A stretch of 63,545 bases of DNA, filler included, from Octopus bimaculoides (Eukaryota): the NCBI RefSeq assembly GCF_001194135.2. It is 5 parts of 5 records of this genome, joined end to end, with 100 filler letters (N's around TTAATTAATTAA, not from the genome) between each part and the next. Parts side by side here need not be neighbours in the genome. Positions count along the whole stretch, not along the records: positions 1 to 15,691 come from NC_069000.1; 4 more parts are not named here. One strand, 5' to 3'. The notes beneath the pieces are model-generated. The model was not told the DNA's origin, did no database searches, and saw nothing but the letters and a program-made list of their open reading frames with translations. The first letter of the stretch is position 1. Each line of letters begins with the position of its first letter. This document shows, in pieces, positions 1 through 11,964 of the stretch. The position numbers and the translations under genes were made by a program.

Positions 1-308
1 GGCAAGCCAAGTAAGATCGTTGCCAGTGCCCCTGGACTGGCTCTTGTGCGGGTGGCACACAAAAGACATCATTTCGAGCGTGGCCGTTGCCAGTATCGCC
101 TGACTGGCCTTCGTGCAGGTGACATGTAAAAGCACCTACTACACTCTCTGAGTGGTTGGCGTTAGGAAGGGCATCCAGCTGTAGAAACTCTGCCAAATTT
201 AGATTGGAGCCTGGTGTTGCCATCTGGTTTCACCAGTCCTCAGTCAAATCGTCCAACCCATGCTAGCATGAAAAGCGGACGTTAAACGATGATGATGATG
301 ATGATGAT
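1..308 (+). mobile_element. 3' UTR and (GAT)n tail of an RTE-clade LINE (5' part outside window)
   Basis: Same sequence as the 3' UTR of the RTE copy at 10517-11671 (GAGTGGTTGGCGTTAGGAAGGGCATCCAGCTGTAGAAAC...CGTTAAACGATGATGATG). Further copies at 3282, 15486 and 61613. Confidence 0.85.
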
Positions 309-774
309 ATGTAAGAATGGCTTCAGTGACACATACACATGCACGAAGGTTGTTTTAATTGATTTTCTCTGTAAGTATGGGGGCTAGGGAAAAAATAGAA
401 AGTGTGTTCCAATCTATTCACTCGTCTCCACATGTGTGCCATTTTTCACGCGAATCAACCCGGCCATTTGGCCGTGAACCTCAAGACAAGAAAGAATACA
501 ACGGTCGGCCAACTTCAATTTATATAACAGATTATGATAAGATAAGTTTGGGATTAAATTATAAAGTTCATAATAAAAAAAATTAATATTAATGGGTTAA
601 TTAAGGATTATGGGTATAAAAAATGAGGGTTATAATTATGCATCTAATAAGAAAAAATGTTATTGAATATTATAAATACTAATTATTGTTCATTAAAAAA
701 ACAATATTTTTATTAAAAATGTGATTAGGTTGGAGTGTATTCACAATCAGAATTGGTTATGTCTATATATAATA

Positions 775-2408
775 CTAGCAGAGATACCTGGCGTTGCCCG
801 TGTTACATGCAATTAGACTTTTCTGTTATATTTCCTTTAATGAACTGGAATATCTATGATTCGAATTTCATCAAAATTGCAGATGAAGGTTCTTTCCCTC
901 TTTACACACTCTAAAAAAATTCTAATCCTGACACATGTATCCCATACTACTGATCTTTATGCGCAGTTTCCAAAATTCCAGTCTTATGGAACCTGTTAAA
1001 AGGTTTTGCTCCTGAAAAATGGAGGTCATGGAGCTCTAAAATGTGGGAGTTAAGGCCCCTATTGGGGGTGGGTGTCTTAATGTCAACCAGAGAAGTTGAA
1101 TTGTTGAGAATCTTTTTAACTTGGGTCTTATATCTATTGTTTGAATTTCTTTGAAATAGGAAATATATGTATGTTCACTGGGTTTGTAAAAGAGAGCAAA
1201 GCTATAGGAAACCAAAAGACAAATGATCACAATAAGCAGTCAGCTACCCTACCCTAGTCGTTACCATTCCCGATGTAGGATTCCTTACCATACAGGTGAC
1301 AGGTACAGCCGTAAGATGCATTACGGATCTATAGCAATTGGAACTCAAATAAACATTAACAACTGTGTAACGTGAGGGCTAAGGAGAAATGAAAGTGTGA
1401 CCTCTGGAGTTTGCAAATGACCACTATACCGATAGGTAACTGGACAGAATGTATTTACAATCTATAAATGTCTTTGAATAACCAGTCACTCATCAGGGAA
1501 GGCCTTGAAATTAATGTTACCATCAAAAAGACTCAAAGGAGGTCTGCAGCCAAATAACTTTACTCAACACTTTGCAACTGAATCAGTGGAGGCAAAGATG
1601 CCTCTCATTTACCTGACAGTTTATGCACCACATTGCAGAAATCACAATCTAAATATACCTCAAAGCAAACTCTTACACTGTTGTACCATTGAATTACAAA
1701 TAATGCTCATCTTTTATGCTTGGGTGACCCTACAGCTTCCAAGAGTACAACTGTATTTGTCTTTGCTTAGATAAAATGACTAAATTGTGGGTGTTAAGTC
1801 CCCATGAAGGGTTCTTTCTAACTTCTAAGAAGATGAAATTTTAGAAATATTACTTCATTTGTGTCTAATATCCATGGTTAAAATTTCATCAACAGCAAAA
1901 ATATATGAATTTTCATGGAGGTTATGGCCGTTATGCATAGAATATAATTTCCAAATTTCATAAAGATCCAATCAGTAATTTTGATCTAGTTTTGGATCAT
2001 AAAAAAAAAATGACTAAAATTTGGGAGTTAAGGCCCCCATTAGTGGGTCTTAGAATCTTCATGAGAAGTGGAAACTTTGAGAATACTTCTTGATGTGTGT
2101 CAATTACCCATAGTTGAAATTTCATCAACATCGAAAATTTATGAATTTTCATGGGGGTTCTGCCCGCTTTAAGCCATCTCAAATTCAAATCAAACATATT
2201 GCATTATACCCTCAATATGATTGGTTTATCCAAATATAAGGATCCATTCAGTAATTTTGGTCCATGAAATTGTATGAAACACACAGCATTACCCTTCTCC
2301 CTAGGCTTGGATTTTGTGTTCCAAATTTCATTAGGATTGGTGCAGTAGTTTTCAAATGTATAAGTAGCACACAAACACACATAAAGACTTTGACTTTTAT
2401 ATAATAGA
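775..2408 (-). mobile_element. Non-autonomous Helitron-like element
   Basis: On the minus strand it begins TC (2408-2407, TCTATTATATAAAAG) and ends CTAG (778-775) followed by T. A degenerate GC-rich hairpin lies about 10 nt before the CTAG. Internal repeated blocks such as TGGGAGTTAAGGCCCC occur at about 1043 and 2022. Confidence 0.6.
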
Positions 2409-2967
2409 CTAGCAGTATAGCCCGGCGCTGCCCGGGATTAAGCTAGGATTATTAAGTGATCAAGTGCTTTATTTCAAACCAAAATAAGTAACATCGACAT
2501 CAGATTTGAGCGAAATCCGTTGAAATTGGTTTGGCTGAAAGTGGTTTGCTGGCAATTTGATTGGGAAATCCCATAAGGAATCAGTTTATTGGTTATTTCC
2601 ACTAATACACTGTTTTTTTTTAAAGTTGCATTAGAGATCTGCATAGGAGGGGATCTGGATTGGAGTAACTTAGGAAAACTTACCAACAGCCTTAACCAAA
2701 AAATAAGGGGCCTGTCCCTTCTAGGTTAACTCTAACCCTAAACCCTAACCCTAAAACCGTAACCCTAACACCAACCCTAATCCTAACCCTAACACTAACC
2801 TTAACCCTAACCGTAAGACCCTAACCCTAACTCCCTAGTGGAAATTGTGCGGGTGTTAATCTGAAAAATTACCAAGCCCTTTTTGTGGTCCGAGAAACGG
2901 GTTGGGTGGGGGTTGGCGTGACTGACAAATTGTTACATACCTCTTTGTTTCATAGTTGTTGTGAAAT
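2409..2967 (-). mobile_element. Second Helitron-like element (3' end clear, 5' extent uncertain)
   Basis: The minus strand reads CCCGGGCAGCGCCGGG (hairpin), then CTATACTG, then CTAG at 2412-2409: a canonical Helitron 3' end. The right boundary is a guess placed at the gap. Confidence 0.5.
2727..2831. repeat. Degenerate interstitial telomere-like (CCCTAA)n tract
   Basis: About 15 imperfect TAACCC-type units, read directly. Confidence 0.85.
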
Positions 2968-3067
2968 NNNNNNNNNNNNNNNNNNNNNNNNNNNNNNNNN
3001 NNNNNNNNNNNNNNNNNNNNNNNNNNNNNNNNNNNNNNNNNNNNNNNNNNNNNNNNNNNNNNNNNNN

Positions 3068-5736
3068 TTCTTATATAATGGTTCCTCTGTTCATTTATGG
3101 CTCTCTGTATTTCCGAGATTTTATGAATTTTAGGTAATCCATAAAAATTGCTTTCTATGGTTCTTGAGTTGCATAAATAGTCTTTCTCCTTATCAGTAAA
3201 GGAGCCCTGGTATTCCTTGATTAATGTTCCAATTTTTTTTTATTGTTGCTTTCTCCGGTTGTGTTGATTCCTCTTTGTAGTCATCATCATCATCGTTTAA
3301 CGTCCGCTTTCCATGCTAGCATGGGTTGGACGATTTGACTGAGGACTGGTGAAACCGGATGGCAACACCAGGCTCCAGTCTGACTTGGCAGAGTTTCTAC
3401 AGCTGGATGCCCTTCCTAACGCCAACCACTCAGAGAGTGTAGCGTAGTATGTCTGGTTATTAAGCATCTCCAGTATCTTTTCTTTGTAGTAACCTGTATC
3501 CATAATTACTATTGCTCCACCTCTGTCAGCTTCTTTTAAAATGATGGACTTGTCCTTTTTTAGTATTTGTGAAGCTTGTTTTTCTCCTCTGCAGAAGTTC
3601 TGTTTGCATTTATGTGTGTTGAGAGGGAATTTGGAGATTGTCTCTATGTATGTGTCTAGGTGTTTGTCACATCTCTTGTGAGGGGTGAAATGGGATTTTT
3701 TCTTATGATTGAGTTATCTTCTGTTTCCTCATTTTCAAAGAATTCTATAAGAGGGAGGCGGCGGCTAAAGTTGTCTATATCAGTTTTTAGTTCTATGAGA
3801 TTTGGTGTGGGTGTAAATTTGAGGCCTTTTAGTAGTAGGTTCATTTCATTTTCGCTAAGTTCTCTTTTAGATATGTTTATTATTTTGGGGTCTATGTGTT
3901 TCGTGTGTTCATTCAAAATTTTTGGTGTGTTGAGTCTGAAGTATGGTTGAAGTATCCCTAAAAAAGGGGTTGTGTTGTTGCGTCTCCAAATTCCATTTTC
4001 AGGTTTTAGGTTTTCTTGTAGAGGCAGGGGTGGTCTATATGGTCTGTATGTGTTGTTTTCTTCCCATCGTCTGTGTTTGTTGGGCCTATTTCCTGGGGTT
4101 CAGGTTTCCTTGTGGGTAGTTGAATGGTTCATACTGTGTATTTGTATTGTTTTGATAGTGGTACTTGTTTTCTATCCATCTTTCAAATTTGTGGTGTTGA
4201 ATGAGGTTGGTGTTTGTATGGTTTGGATTTCCTCGATTTTTATTGTAGGATATGTGTTGATTTTTATCTACTTGTCTATTGTTCCATGTGTGTATCCATT
4301 TAGGGTGTCCAGGGTTATGTGTTGGTGGTTGTTCATATTCTGTTTGTTCTCTCCAAGTGTTATAGGTTGTTAGTTGTGTGTGTCTTGTTTGTCTTGCATA
4401 TTTTGTGTGTCTGTTTATTGAGGAGTTTGGTAGTGTAAGGAGCGGGTTTTTGGTTTGTGTTTGGTAGGGTTTATGTGGATGTCTGGGTGTCCAATATGTT
4501 TGTGATTTTGGTTTGTTGTATCTTTTCATTTGTTTTGGTGGTTTTCATAATGGATTTTTCCCCATAGTTTCTTTCGTAGTTTAAGAACCATTGTTGTTGT
4601 TTGGTCCATATAATTCTGGATCTTTCCTCTTCTCGTTTAGTATCCTCTTTCCATTATTGGTGTAGTTTTTCTTTGTTTTGGTTATTATTTCTCTCTGTTA
4701 TTTCAGCCATTATGACGGCATCACTTGTTTTAATCTTATCTTCCTGATGTAAACTTTGTGTTTGTAGAAGGGAAATTTCCGTTTCCAGTCGGCATAGAGG
4801 TAGATTTGCACGTATTGTTGCTTCTTACAGTGTTTCACCCCTTATTTCTTTGATAAGGAATTTTCTAGGGAGTATTGGGTTCTTCTTGTCCCGCCAGTTG
4901 TGGTATATGTTGGCTATGTTCTTACAACGAATGCTTTTCCAATAAGCATGTTTGCATTGGTTTAGAAGTTTGTTCCAGTCTTGGGGCTTTGAAGGTTTTT
5001 CTTGGTGTGTGTCAGTTTCTGTTTCTTCTCCATTTGTTTTACTTTGTGATTGGGGTGGTCCTGCTAAGAGATCTGTGTTGTCAGTTATGATTGCTTGATT
5101 ATTTTTAGGGAGAATATCTTGTGTTTGGATTGTATTTATAAGGAAGTAAAATTTGCGAAGACTGTATCAATTTTTGAAAGGAGTAAATTTAACTTACTGC
5201 AGGTTTCTGTGAGTAGATCTTCCATATTTCTGGTATTTCCCTGCTGCAAGTGTGATTCTGTCTCTTTTATTTTGATGTTGCATATTTTGCAGATTTGTGT
5301 TAGGTCTTCTGTGTGTTTGGTATTAGCCCGTTGTGGGTTTAATTCTGTTCCATTCACTTCATTGTTGTGTATTCTTGTGACGTTTTCTGTATTTTTGGTA
5401 TCCTCTGTTCATACGTCAGGTACTAATCCAGTCATTCTGATGTCTTGTACATCCAAGTAAATATATTGGAAGGTTTGGAGGTGATGTACAGGAATTATAT
5501 ATTGCAAAAAATAATAAGGTACTCAGATATCTCGATGGTTGTACATTTACAGATTTATATTAATATGTCACATGTTTTATAAATATTATTGCTTGCACCT
5601 ATTCTTGTAGGGTTTTCAAAATATGATTACACTTCAGAGGATGTCTCATTTTATAGTATTATTGAATGTGTAGGGGTGGAGAAAGATATATAGGATAGTA
5701 AAAGAGGGTGAGGAATGGAGGGAAAAGTGAGAGACA

Positions 5737-5765
<29 letters not shown>
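3068..5765 (-). mobile_element. Penelope-like retroelement, 5' UTR and N-terminal half of ORF, pseudogenised
   Basis: Minus-strand translation gives LLLKGLKFTPTP...DIDNFSRRL, KEADRGGAIVIMDTGYYKEKILEMLNNQTYY and NFYGLPKIHK, all typical pre-RT and RT-start motifs of PLEs. It has several stops and frameshifts and runs into the gap at 3067. Confidence 0.85.
3282..3443 (-). mobile_element. 5'-truncated RTE 3' UTR inserted into the Penelope ORF
   Basis: (CAT)n tail at 3282 and about 95% match to the 3' half of 1-308 (by eye). Flanked by GTAGT at 3277-3281 and 3444-3448. Removing it restores the frame QTYY-KEESTQ. Confidence 0.9.
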
Positions 5766-5768
<3 letters not shown>

Positions 5769-6699
5769 ATATAGCCGTGACTGGTGAAATATCACTATTT
5801 CTGTAATGATTTGTACTGGATGAAGGACCAAATTTGTAAAGTAAACTGTAATTTTATTTATATTTCAATAACAATTTTCATCCTTTCACATACTTCACTA
5901 TTTTTGTATTTTCGTACCTCTACATATACTTTCTCTATCTTTGTAATTATATTTATTTGTATTTTCTCCATAACGGATTTGATCCTAAAAGTAAATCCAA
6001 AACTATTTTAGAACTTGTTATTTCAGTATCTAAAACAATGGCACCACTTGCTAATTTATATTGGTAAATGTCTACAGAAATGGTATATTTTATATCTATT
6101 TTTGATCCATGCCTATGACAAAATGAACTTACCATTATTTAGATACCTCACTCATTGATTCATCACAATATTGCATTATTCTTAATCGTTATTCAGCTTT
6201 GGAACAGGGCCTAAAAACGGCAAGAAACCCAGATAGTGGGATATTTTTGTGCCAACTAGAACTGAACCCAATTAGCTTGGTTTTCATATTTGTCTCCTAC
6301 CTTTTTTGAACTAACCAGCTGTATACATGTAAACACAATTCCTTCTTCTTCCTTCCCTTCTCTTTTCCATTGACACTCCTTTCAAGTACACAGGCACACA
6401 CGCGTGCACACACACTCACAGGCACACACACACAAAAACACACCCACACTCTCTCCCACTGGATAATGATGCCAACTCTTTGAAAAACAACTTTCTTCCA
6501 AACAATGCCACCTGGTTTTGCCATTTTTAAAGGCCAAGAATAAACTTGTCATTGAAAGAACTGACCAGCTGTAAACACAATTTTCTTCTTTCTTTCCTTC
6601 TCTTTCCCATTGACACTCCTTTCAGATACACAGGCACACATGTGCACACACACACACGTGCGCACACACACACACACACCAACACAAAACACTCACACA

Positions 6700-6945
6700 C
6701 ACTCTCTCTCTCACTTTTCCCTCCATTCCTCACCCTCTTTTACTATCCTATATATCTCTCTCCACCCTTACACATTCAATAATAATATAAAAAGAGACAT
6801 CCTCTGAAGTGAAATCATAATTTGAAGAACCTACTAGAATAGGTGCAATCGCTAATATTTATAAAACATGTGACATATTAATAAAACTCTGTAAATGTAC
6901 AACCATCCAGATATTTGAGTACCTTATTATTTTTGGCAATATAAC
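6700..6945 (+). repeat. Inverted copy of the Penelope 5' end (reverse complement of about 5490-5740)
   Basis: Direct alignment by eye, e.g. GAGACATCCTCTGAAGTG and ATAAAACATGTGACATATTAAT match the reverse complement of the left copy with scattered mismatches. Confidence 0.85.
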
Positions 6946-6959
6946 AGTATCTGTTTACA

Positions 6960-7432
6960 GAGCTGAGCTTATGGAGGTGTCAACTGATGGTACTTAGTAA
7001 AGGATCAAGTTCTGCTGGCAGTATACGATTACTTGTGCTTGGCTGTTGTTCAACTATTTCAAGCAAGGCCTCATCTTCCAGAACAGGTCTCCCTGGCCTT
7101 GGTTTGTCTTTGAGGCTGGTGTCACCTTCTTTAAAATGTCTGAACCAGTTTTGTACCTCATGTTTGTTGATGGTTCCTGAACCTTTCTTTTGTTGCTGCC
7201 CTTACACAGTCTTTTTTCTTCAGGTAGTGTAAAATGGCTCTAGCTTCAGTTTTTTCACTCATTATCAAAGCTGTACAATAAAAAATAAATATATGTTATA
7301 TATGGAAATAAAAATAAACAATTTAGTAATGATTAGTTAAGTTATATCAAATTAAAAATATAACATGGAAATACAAGTTACCAAATATCATCAACAAAAA
7401 ATCTGAAAAAACTTGACTCAACTTGGTACATG
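6960..7432 (-). mobile_element. Mariner transposase 5' remnant (HTH region)
   Basis: Minus-strand translation RAILHYLKKK...NKHEVQNWFRHFKEGDTSLKDKPRPGRPVLEDEALLEIVEQQP...TIS*HLHKL matches the mariner N-terminal WF..FK.G..SL.D.PR.GRP motif. Confidence 0.8.
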
Positions 7433-7509
7433 ACAGGGAAAAGCTATAGATGGTCCATAATAACAGGGTATCAGACTTTATTTCTTAACATTGTACTGTG
7501 TTCAAGGCC

Positions 7510-7570
<61 letters not shown>

Positions 7571-7604
7571 NNNNNNNNNNNNNNNNNNNNNNNNNNNNNN
7601 NNNN

Positions 7605-7661
<57 letters not shown>

Positions 7662-7743
7662 ACTACTACAAGCAGTAAGAGTGCTGAATAATTAATGAGC
7701 ATTTCATTAACATATAGTACTACTGTATTGCATATTTTCTTAG

Positions 7744-7813
7744 GTTTATCATGGATGCTTCTATGGCTGTAATCAAGTCTGTTATAAAGCCTGTAGATGT
7801 GCTAGAAATAAAG
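7744..7813 (+). CDS. AGK: Acylglycerol kinase, internal exon (70 nt)
   Basis: Acceptor ttttcttag and donor AAG|gtaagg. Encodes FIMDASMAVIKSVIKPVDVLEIK, compared with the remembered human AGK HITDATLAIVKGETVPLDVLQIK. Confidence 0.9.
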
Positions 7814-9120
7814 GTAAGGTGGAATTTTTAACATGTACTTTTCTCTAATGAAAGCCATATCTATTGTTTTTTGTTCTTGTTTAGACTTAAGTCAACACTG
7901 ATCAAAATTGTAGTCAAGGTATTCAACCTTGACCAACCATTTTTCTTTTGAGACATAGTGTATCTAGGACTGTATTATCCAATCACTATTCATTGCTCAT
8001 CTCATTGTGGTGTTAATTGTAATGGCTGTAATGTAATTGGCTTTAGTGATGAAACAGCTGTGTAACCCCCAGGCCAGCCCTGATCAAGTAGACATATGAT
8101 CAGAATTGTTATAGCCATTACATTTTTTTTGTAAGATATAAGTGCGAGCATGACTGGTTAGTTTGCTTTACAGTTTTCTAATTACAGGTTCAATTCCACA
8201 GCACAGCACTTCGAGCAAGTACCTTCTATTATAACTTCAAGCTGAACTATAACTTGTGAATAGAATTTAGTAGAGGAAAACTGTACATAAGCCTAACATA
8301 AAACCATCTCCCTCAATACTGGATCCCCTAAGTTGAGGGGGTCTTGTCTTTCAAATTACTTGGTGACCTCACTAGGGTTGGCACCATGTAAAAAGCACCC
8401 AGCACACTGTAAAGTGACTTTCATTAGCAAGAGCATCTAGCTGTAGAAACCATACCAAGGAAGAATTTGGAGATTGATGTCCTCCTCTGGCTCATCAGCT
8501 CCTGTCAAACTGTCCAACTCATGCCAGCATGGAAAATGAACAGTAATGATAATGATATATATGTCTCTGTGTGTGTTTACTCCAGTTTTTAAACAGCTCT
8601 TGTTTAATGTAGCAGTTCAACAAACAGAGTATGATAAAATAAGTACCAGACTGAAATATATACTGGGGTATGATCAGCTAAGACCTTTGAAAGAGGTGTC
8701 CCATGATGACCACTGTGCAAAACCAAAACCAGCAAAAGAATAAAAAATAGCTTAACTATGATTTCATTACCCAATGTATCCTTCATTTTAGGTTGTAGAT
8801 TACTGATAAATCTTGGTTCAAGGAAGAGATTGCCAAGATTCTTCACTTTTAGGATGGTAGCCTATAAAATCAGAGTTTAGAATACTGGCAAAATCAAGAT
8901 GTTTATAGCTTATAAACCATCAAATGCAATAATTTTTTTAGTTTAATTTTTCAGTTTTAGTTTTCAGGAATTTTCTTTACATTAAAAAGTTTAATTTTAT
9001 TAATTTTATTTATTTAATTTTTATTATTTTTAAAAATATTTTCTGTACATTTGATCTTGACTCATAATTGTACTGCATGTAATCTTTTTTTTTTTGTTTT
9101 ATCTTTTATTTTAATTTCAG

Positions 9121-9200
9121 GCGGAAGATGGTAAAAACACCTATGCCATGTCAGGGTTGCAGCTTGGTGTTTATAATGATGCTGAAACACGGAAAACAAA
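9121..9200 (+). CDS. AGK: Acylglycerol kinase, internal exon (80 nt)
   Basis: Acceptor ttttaatttcag and donor AA|gtaaga. Encodes AEDGKNTYAMSGLQLGVYNDAETRKT(K), compared with human [27 protein letters not shown]. Phase is compatible with both neighbouring exons. Confidence 0.9.
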
Positions 9201-10516
9201 GTAAGACTACTACTGCTGCTGCTGCTGCCTCCTCAATCCCAGGTTATCCCTGTTGAGCAGACTTGTAATCAATAATATTGAAACCATGACCATCTGAAAA
9301 GACTACATTATTTAATGTGGCCTTCCTTTTAATGATGGCAAATGTGATTTGAGGGAATTTTACTAGTATATTTAGCAGATTGAGCAGCCCTCTAGAGACT
9401 CTTATTGGCTTGTGTTGTAGTGATTAGAACAGAACACAAACTGGAGTATGGGTGCCTAAAAGTTTATCATGACTATGAATTCTTGTATATTCTCAAATGG
9501 TCTAGCATATTGTGCTCACTGACTTGTTATTGTTTAGCACCAGGTAATCTTGATGCAGCATAAACCATAGTCAAAGGCAATCCATCTATGATCATCCCAT
9601 ATTTTAATCATTCCAGTTAGTACAGGAGACATCTCTAAATGTATTTTTAAATCTCTTCAGCATCTGCCAAAAAAAATAAGAAACAAAGACAATGTCAACA
9701 GGATTTGAACTCAGTGTCTAACAGAATATAGCTAAGCACTACAAATCAGTTTCTCCAGCACTCTACTCCATCTTCACCATCAACATCAATAATAATAAAT
9801 TGAAATTGGGGTAGTGGAGATAGTTGATTAGACTAATCTCAATACATGGTTAGTACTTTATTTTATCAACCCTAAATGACAAAAATCAAAGTTAACCTTA
9901 TCAAGATTTCACCTCAGATACTAAAGAACTAGAACAAATTCTGCAAGGTATTTTGTCCAGTGCTATAATGTTTGTCAATCAGCTCTGTTTATAATTTCTA
10001 ATTTAGCTACAAAGCCAGCACTTTTTAAGGAATGGGTTTAGTTGATTAAATTAGCTCCAATGCTATGCTGGTATTTATTTTATCAACTTTGGGAAAAATG
10101 AAAGGCAAAGTGGACAGCTGTGGGATTTGAAATCATAAGTAAAAGTGATAATGATCAAGGCCATACATTTCGAATGGGAGATGGAGATATAGTCAGTAGA
10201 TTCTAACTAAATTAATTGAAAACCTACCTGTAAAATATGTACTTAGTTAAGAGAAGCTTATGAAATTATTGTGACAACAAATTACAGATGAAATTTTATA
10301 GTACATCTGTATAATCATTTAGTGCAACATTGTTGTGTTGATTTTCTTTTTAATCTGTAGTTCTTTTAAAAGACAAATATTACCGCCCTCTCCTTTCTCT
10401 CTCTGACCCCCATCTCTGGACTAATTAAACCAGATAGCAGCCCACTTACCTCTCTCCTTTTTTTTCAATTTTTACATTTATATCTGCAGCATCAGTAATG
10501 CTTACACCCACAATGC

Positions 10517-11671
10517 TCATATCATAGGAAGGTTAACCAGGAAAATAGTTTTTGTGTGTTGCAGATGCACAGGGGTAATAAACACTGAAGATGTACAGAA
10601 AACAGATTCCATCACATGCCAGAGGGAGAAACTAGAAGTAGTTAATAACTTCTGCGACCTAGGCAACCAATTCTGTAGTGGGGGTGGTTGCTCTGAGAGT
10701 GCAGTGGCTAGAATAAGAATAGCGTAGGCAAAGTTCAGGGAGCTCTTACCTCTGCTGGCAACTAAGGGCTTCTCACTCAGGATGAAAGGTAGACTGTATG
10801 ATGCATGTGTGCAAACTGCCATCTATACGGCAGTGAAACATGGGCCATGACTGCTGAGGGAATGCGCAAGCTTGAAAGAAATGAAGCTAGTATGATCCAC
10901 TGGATGTGTAATGTCAGTGTGCATACATGACAGAGTGTAGGTGCCCTGAGAGAAAAGTTGGGCATAAGAAGCATCAAATGTGGTGTGTAAGAGAGACAAC
11001 TGCACTGGTATGGTCATGTGTTATGTATGGATGAGGACAGCTGTGTGAGGAAGTGCCATGCCATGTGGAAGAAACTTGTGGAAGAGGTAGACCCAGGAAG
11101 ACATGGGAGAGGTGGTGAAACATGACCTTTGAACATTGGGTCTCACAGAGGCAATGACAGGACACTGAGACCTTTGGAGATATGCTGTGATTGAGAAGAC
11201 TCAGCAGCTAAAGTGAGATTGCAGCCACCCATGTCCATCCCAGTTAAGAGTACCCCTGGTGTGTGTCGGGTGATATGATATGCTTGAGAAGACATTGAGT
11301 CAAGTAAAACCAATATCGTAGCTGTAACCAGTTCCCCCTGACTGGCTCCTGAGCCAGTGGCATGTAAAAAACACCATCTGAATGTGGCCGATGCCAGTAC
11401 CCCTTGATTGGACCCCATGCCTGTGGCACGTAAAAAGTACTATCCGAACGTGATTGATACTTGGCCCTTTTGGCTGGCTCCTGTGCCAGTGGCACGTAAA
11501 AAGCACCCACTATACTCTTGGAGTGGTTGGCATTAGGAAGGGCATCCAGCTGTAGAAACATTGCCAGATCAGACTGGAGCCTGGTGCAGCCGCTGGCTCT
11601 CTAGACCTCAGTCAAGTCGTCCAACCCATGCCAGCATGGAAAAGAAGCGTTAAACGATGATGATGATGATG
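10517..11671 (+). mobile_element. 5'-truncated RTE-clade LINE in an AGK intron
   Basis: Degenerate ORF: KLEVVNNFCDLG...KFRELLPLL...GRLYDACV...ETWAMT...LREKLGIRSI...LHWYGHV...GRGRPRKTW. Followed by the 3' UTR and a (GAT)n tail. Confidence 0.9.
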
Positions 11672-11755
11672 AGATAAAATTATTTGGCAAAAACCTACTG
11701 CAGACATGTTTTGTCATTTAATGATCTGGAATCAAAATCTATGTGTCTATTTCAG

Positions 11756-11964
11756 ATATTGGTACTTTGGGCCTTTGAAATCTTATTGGACATATCTTCG
11801 AACTGCAATGAAGAAATGGCCACCAGCTGTCACACTGAAAGTTGAATATGTGCCATCCAGTGCTGACTTGACAATTAAGAAGGTAGTAGCCTCCAGTGAG
11901 AAGAAGCAGGTTAAAAAATGGTCATTATTCAATTTTTTGTACAAGTCTAAAATGCCTGATCTAT
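11756..11964 (+). CDS. AGK: Acylglycerol kinase, internal exon (209 nt)
   Basis: Acceptor ctatttcag and donor CTAT|gtaagt. Encodes (K)YWYFGPLKSYWTYLRTAMKKWPPAVTLKVEYVP...MPDL, compared with human KYWYLGPLK...LKEWP. Confidence 0.9.

Noticed and set aside
4086-4529. 147-aa N/T/P/Q-rich ORF and the hydrophobic ORFs on the opposite strand
   Set aside because: Low-complexity interior of the Penelope element and its antisense shadow.
5590-5650. Possible hammerhead ribozyme in the Penelope 5' end (minus strand CTGAAGTG...GAAA...CCTA/TAGG)
   Set aside because: The core deviates from CUGANGA, stem II does not form, the cleavage triplet is not NUH, and the inverted copy lacks GAAA.
6310-6710. About 150-bp local direct duplication (6310-6460 versus 6560-6710)
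   Set aside because: Real, but low-complexity CT/CA-rich sequence with no functional signal.
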